64,000 bases of DNA from Eledone cirrhosa (taxonomy: Eukaryota). Below are positions 57,759 through 64,000 of this stretch, piece after piece. Below the pieces are notes generated by a model. The model was given only the letters and a program-made list of their open reading frames with translations, ran no database searches and was not told the DNA's origin. Made by a program: the position numbers and the translations under genes. The first letter of the stretch is position 1; each line of letters starts with the position of its first letter. The stretch spans positions 31,496,001 to 31,560,000 of the forward strand of contig OZ024747.1 in NCBI GenBank assembly GCA_964016885.1. Direction: 5' to 3'.

Positions 57759-60700
57759 CACATATATACAAATATACATATATATATAAATATATATATA
57801 TATATACATACACACACACACATATATATATATATACACAAAACAATCACAAAAATGAAATAGAATGGTTTCATATTTTTTCTTTATTTTTGATTTTCTT
57901 TTCACTCTCATTTCCATTTAAATATAAACAGAATTATTTTTCTGTAAAAATTATGAAGCATATATCTTTTCTAACACTATAGTGACTCCTGTGAAACACA
58001 ATGCTGGAAATCTAACCATATATTATCTCATGCTTTCATGATAAGTAATAGGAAATTTTGTTTGATTGGCAGTTATTGATGTGTGATCAGTAAAGGGCAT
58101 ATCTTCTCACACTTTGGTAAACCTATAATTTTGGTAAAGTTTGTCATTGAATGCACACAAGAATTTCATTCTAATTATATATTACATTCATTTTACAATG
58201 ATTTCTTCTTCTCCGAAGCATTATAGGAAATTATTATTATTATTATCGTTGTTGTTGTTGTTGTTATATCGCATATTACAAGGCTTAAAAAGTTGGCAGT
58301 GTTTGATTTGTGTATAGATATGATTTGTAGAGTGTAAGTAAATTTGTAGTGGTGAAAGCAGAGCAGATTTCCATCTGAAGGTTTGTTGGTTCATATCATG
58401 TCCTTTTCCTTATCTTGTACTGTTTCTGCAGCACAGATACTTGACACATTAAAAAGGCACCATCAAGTAGCAGAGCTTTATGGTGTATTAAATAGTGGAA
58501 ATTGCCTTTCATCCTTACAGGGGTCGATAAAATAAAGTACCAGTAATGCACTGGGGTAATTGCTGGTCTTGTGCCAAAAATAGAAACAATTATTTTTTAT
58601 TTACATCCTGAGTATAATGGAAAACTTGAAGAGTTCTTAAAATGTCAGGTAGAATGGGCTCTGAGTTCAAAGTTGACTGAGGCCTACTTTGCCTTTCATC
58701 TATTCAAGTTCAATAAATAAAACATGTACTGCTCTCTCTCTTTCTCACCATCTCTCTCACACTCACTATCTCTTTCTCTTTTTTCCTGTCTGCCTCTCTC
58801 TCTCTCCCTCTCTGCTCTTTCCTATCTGGTTCTCTCTTACTCTCCCCCTCTGTCTGTCTCTCTCTGACTCTCTGTCTATCTCTCTCACTCACTCTTTCCC
58901 TCTGTTTGTCTGTCTCTCCTACTCTCTCTCTTTCATTCTTCCTATTATAACTGGTTATGTTCCATTGTGAGAAGGGTCATGGGAGATCACTGACAATGTC
59001 ACTCGTCTCCAGAAATCTCTATGCTTCCTGAAATTTGCTAACACTACACCTGATATCCCCCCTCATTATACACGCACACATGTATATCATGGCTCATACA
59101 CTGTTCACTTTCCTGACATTTGTGCATTATTCTATGTACTATACATGCACCTTTCATGAGTTGTAGTGCACCTGAGCACTGTGAACAATAATTTCATTAT
59201 TATTAGAAATGGAGAAAGATTGAGCAAGTGGTTGGCAACGTTTTCTCTTAGCAAAAACTGATATACTATAGAAACCACCCAAGGCTGGCCTGATGTGCAG
59301 CACAGTATGGAATGGTAATATAAGGATAATATTAATTAGTGGTATTGTCACAGAATCAAGATGGCAGTCAGATCAGAGAGAGAGAGAGAGAGAGAGCAAG
59401 CTATTATAGTCCCATGCCTGATACCCAAAATGCTAATTACACTTATGCCAGTGTTTGGGTTGTTGGGAAGATGTAAGAAAAAGAAAAATTGAAACTGAGA
59501 AGCATCCAAATTATTTACCTTCTAATTTTGTCAGTGTATCAGTTTCAGCTAAACTGTTGGCAAGATAACAACCTTTTTTGTATTTTTGTCTAAACATACA
59601 CCAATTCACTTCTCACTCTTCCACCTACCAGATATGTTCTGGGGTATTCTAGTCATGACAGATTTTTTTGCAAAACACAGCAGCAACATTTCTATGTCTA
59701 AAGATGTAAAAAAAAATACAAAAATAAAATAAAATAAATATGGTTCAGCCTGCAAAGATAAACTTTGCTACAAATAGAACCAAATATTTTTGAAACATGT
59801 AGTTTCAGCAACAACACTACAAAGAAACCCTCTAGGCTTACAAGCATATGCATAAGGAAATCCATATATACAGTGTAGCTGATAAGTTGTAAAACATTGG
59901 TGTAGCTTATATACGGCATTAACTGACTGTTTCCTTCTTTTCTGCTGGTCACTATCAAGACATTCAGTGTCCTCATGCTCCAGACTGCCATTTTTCTCTC
60001 CTATTTTCCTCAGGTCATTATCCTGCCTGAGGAAGGAGCCTCGTAGGCTGGCATGGTGCTGAATCAGTTGATATAGTTGACTCTTCTCCATGGCAATGTT
60101 TTTTACCTTCTTACCTATGGGGTGCAGTTTAGATGTACCATCTACCTATGATGTACCCACTTCCTCACACCCTTTTTAATTTTTTTTCCTTCTTTCTCCC
60201 TCTTTTTTATCTGTTTGTTAATATATACGATTGAATATAAAGAATGGATATTGTAACAATGATTACATAATATTCATAATCATCCATTACGATATTAATA
60301 TTTATTAATAGTTTTTTGTCATGTTTTTTTCTCTTACAAATTCTCTTCCTTTCTTTTGCTTCATAACAGAGATTTCTTACATTGATACAAAGCCAGAAAT
60401 ATGTACAGGAAGGATGCAATTGATAGAATATCAATTAATAATAAATGAACTGTTATTTGCTATCTCAAGTTTTGAGAAATAGAAGTCAATGGTGACATTG
60501 ATATCATTTGAATTCCAAGGTAAGAAAATACTGTCAAATATATCAATAACACATCATTAGAGAAAGAAGAACAAGATTTACTCGATATTGCTGGAGAGAA
60601 AAATATGAGATGATCAGCGGTATTTTTTTTTTTATTTTGAGAACCAAAAAATGGGTATGCAAATGTTGGTAGGCTACATTGAACCTACATAAAGCAACCC

Positions 60701-60859
60701 TGGTAAGATTCTGAATGCACCCAAGAAGACCTACATGAGCAATGACAGACCAAACAAACTGGAGAGTATGAGTCATGGTGATCTGTGTAATAAGCACACT
60801 GAAATAATGATGATACCATGACATTCACTTCACATTTCTGTAGTTGTTATTACCTAAAA

Positions 60860-61008
60860 GGGCAGGTGGATTAACAGTATCAGTAGAGGGTTGGACGCCA
60901 TGCTTTGATGCATAGAGTTACGGCCCTTGCCATTCTGAGTCCAAATCCCACTGAGGTTAACTTTGCCTTTCATCCTTATGGCCTTGTGCCAAAAGTAGAA
61001 ACAGTAAT
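60860..61008 (+). mobile_element. SINE family A (internally deleted)
   Basis: Head, GCCTTTCATCCTTA core and GGCCTTGTGCCAAAAGTAGAAAC tail. Confidence 0.75.
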
Positions 61009-61179
61009 TACCTAAAAATACCATCTTTACTCATCTTTGTCACAAACTGCTTTGCAAGTAAGTAGAAGGATAACTCCCAACATCATTCCATATCAAAACT
61101 GTATTATAGAGACATAAATATATTTGTATTTTAGTACACTGATTTTATTTGTTTTATGCAGTGTTTGGTTTAAAGAGGA

Positions 61180-61211
<32 letters not shown>

Positions 61212-61504
61212 CAATGCCACATATACTACAAGATCTGCAAATCTCGAGGAGGTCAAAAGAGGTATTTCAAAGTTCATCAAGATACACAGGCAATTCAAGC
61301 TGCATCAAAACTAACGTGCAATTTATGTGAACATATTTTTTAAAAGTACGTCAGGTTTAAAAAAACATATAAGATCTCATGCCAGGACTGAGAATCATGT
61401 ACCCAAGGTTTGTATTGAACAGAAAACCAGTATATGTATGTATAACAGATGCTAGCATGGAAAGCGGGAGTTAAACAATGATGATGATGATATATATATA
61501 TATT

Positions 61505-62156
61505 CGAAATAAACGAAGCCTGCATGCTCTGATGGATGCGTAATAGTAATATACGTGAACACCAAAGCATAAACGAATTGAGAGAGAGACTGAACATAAG
61601 AGGAATCAAATGGTGTGTGCAGGAGAGGAGGTTGCGTTGGTATGGACATGTGATGCATATGAAGGATGACAGCTGCATAAAAAGGTGCAGAGCACTAGAA
61701 GTCAATGGAAGCCGCGGAGTGGGGAGACCCAAGAAGACCTGAGATGAGATGATAAAGGCTGACCCAATTACACCTCTCAAAGGCGATGACACATGACTAT
61801 GACCTCTGGCGTCATGCAGTAATGCAGAATACCCGACCCCCCACGGGTACAAGCCAAAGCTGAAGCATATGGACAATATGCCCCCACCCCCTCCCAAGTG
61901 GTCGTGGAGGTGCCACGGCAAAAAAAGCACCCAGCCCACACTGTAAAGTGGACGTGTAGGCGCCACGGAAAAAAAGTACCCAGCACTCACTGTAAATGAG
62001 GTTGGTGTTAGGAAGGGCATCCAGCTGTAGAATCAGTTCCTGCATGAGCAAGACAAGGTCAGCTGACTGGACACTGCCCACAACAGGACAACCCGTCTAA
62101 CCCATGCTAGCATGGAAGAACGGACGTAAAATGGTGATGATTATGATGATGATGAT
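61505..62156 (+). mobile_element. 5'-truncated RTE LINE copy
   Basis: Matches 33145-33806; (GAT)n tail. Confidence 0.88.
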
Positions 62157-62194
62157 ATACACACACACAACATGTACTTATAGACATGTGTAAC

Positions 62195-63912
62195 ACAATT
62201 CAGGGCTGCCGTTCTTAATGTTGGCAAATTGAAAAGTAGATTGGGTAAAATTGTGGAGATGTCTGAGCAAGCAGAGAGGAGTAAATGTGTGATATGTACA
62301 TGAAGTGAGATGGAGGGGAGCACAGACAGACTTTTCAGGGGTGTCAATGATAATTGGGTAAGTGAGGTGTATGCATTTTACTTGCTGAGAGGTGAAGAGA
62401 TAAGGTAATCGATGTAGTTAGTGTGACAGAATTATCAAGCTTAGAAGAGTCATAGGTTATAAAATGAAAACAGTTATCTTTACATACACAACACAATGAG
62501 AAATAATTTTTTTTTTAAATGACTTTCTCTCAAGGCCTGGATACTTCAATAACAGATGACAGAAACTTCATCATTCTGGCTTGTGAGTTCAATGGACATG
62601 TTGCACAGTACCAGCATGGCTACATTAGAGTCTTAAAAAAAAGTCTCAAGTTTGTCTCAATCCCAGAAGCTCATTAGGCTGGAACTTATCTTGATTTTGG
62701 TGGAGTTAAGTGACTGAGAGTACAAGGCTCCTCCCTAGAGAGGATGGCAGTCCATCGTGGGGTTAAATTTCCCAGCTATTGCTGGTACTCATTTTCAGCT
62801 GAATATACTGGAGCAACGTGAAATGAAGTGTTTTGCTCAAGAACACAACACAACCCAGTCCTGGAATCGAAACCGAGATTATGATCGTAAATCTAACACC
62901 CTTATCACTAAGCCATGCACCTCCACTTTAGAGTGTATGGTGGTTATTGATATGGCTCCTAGAAATATGTGATGCAAACCAGCTGCAAAACTAACTTCAG
63001 TAAACTGGCCAGTTACTTGATCGCCTCCAAATCAGGTTAACATGCAAGCTAAATCTACTTCATTCTTGTTAGAAAATAGGACAGACAGATGGCTATGAAT
63101 GATAAGAACTTTCCAGAAAAAAACTGTGCTACCCAACATAAGTTAGTTATTAATAACATTAGACTAATATCCAGATGCAATCAGGAATAGAAAAATTTTG
63201 GAAAGGACAGCATGGAAGCTAAAAGACCTCTCTTTTAAATATAAGCTTGTAAAAGATCAATGTGTATGATGTGCAGGGAAAGGAATATAGATACATACAA
63301 CAAATGGATATTTCTAACAACACACTGCAGGCTACTGGCTGGAGCAAAGTAGTAGCAAAATTAATTGTTACCTAATGGTGGAACAGCACTGTGAATAGGT
63401 CCATAAAAGCTATGCAACAAGCTTGAAAAGACTGAAAAAATGTAGCAAAGAACAATTTGAAGCAGCTTAAAGAGAAGTTAGATGACAAAGCACATAATGG
63501 AGGTGAAAGCAGGAGCTTTGCCATTGTCTGACAATGAGAGAATCAAAGGCATGATGTGTTCTGTATTGCAAAGCAGTGTGTTTAGTGTAAATCAGGATGT
63601 CATTGGGGAAAAGTGTGTTTGAAATGTTGCAGATGTTCAAAAGAAAGAACTGGAAATGATATTATGAGAGATTAATGAATATAAAGAATGAGCAGAAGGA
63701 AAAAGGACTACCCCCAGTAGACACAGGAAAGAGTTCAGCTATTGAAGCAATTAACGTAAATGTTGCTGGACTACAGAATCAACGGCAGAAATAGTGAGAG
63801 ATGGTCGCAGAATACTGAAACTTACAATGGAGGAAAACTGTGCTTGAAAGGACCTGTCCAACCCATGCAAGCTTAGAGACACAGATGTAAAAGGGTAATG
63901 ATAATGATGATG
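62195..63912 (+). mobile_element. Old internally deleted RTE (APE N-terminus, linker, 3' end) with nested SINE B at 62630-62925
   Basis: FRAAVLNVGKLKSR..EVRWRG APE-like start; DVIGEKCV and YERL.N..NE linker remnants; ACCCATGCAAGC..GATGATG end. Confidence 0.65.
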
Positions 63913-64000
63913 TGTGTGTGTGCACAGTAGAGTCAGGGCCCAACGGCTGAGCTCTTGCCATTTCTACAACAAATTCCAGGCTGGAATTCGCTGTTAAAAC

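Noticed and set aside
59515-59700. Possible minus-strand host exons with AG/GT borders
   Set aside because: The implied intron is only about 38 nt, no recognisable protein, and such signals are common in AT-rich DNA
59768-60150. ORF with MAVWSMRTL, resembling an APE start (TWNVRTL) and a LINE 5' UTR
   Set aside because: Similarity is too short to call; no downstream endonuclease motifs

Overview
AT-rich eukaryotic DNA, probably intronic or intergenic. I found no host protein-coding exon I can support. The repeat content (long (TA)n arrays, RTE LINEs with (GAT)n tails, tRNA-derived SINEs) suggests a cephalopod, probably octopus; this is inference. The window is almost entirely mobile DNA: (1) many RTE-clade LINE copies, including a near-intact 2.7 kb copy whose RT carries an inserted C4HC3 PHD-like zinc finger; (2) a decayed Neptune-type Penelope-like element (RT plus GIY-YIG); (3) a non-coding 2.9 kb LTR element with 457 bp LTRs, a tRNA-Trp-like PBS, a PPT and a CATA TSD; (4) a DD37D (maT) Tc1/mariner transposon and small MITEs; (5) at least two SINE families. 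The most striking signal is a dense set of short, sequence-diverse, non-coding modules lodged in (TA)n arrays. Each carries a minimal type I hammerhead ribozyme motif (CTGANGA, stem II, GAAA, palindromic stem III, NUH), often followed by AATAAA. Several are arranged as head-to-head fold-backs or partial tandems, and several insertions are flanked by inverted rather than direct duplications of neighbouring DNA. All calls were made by eye and boundaries are approximate to a few bases.
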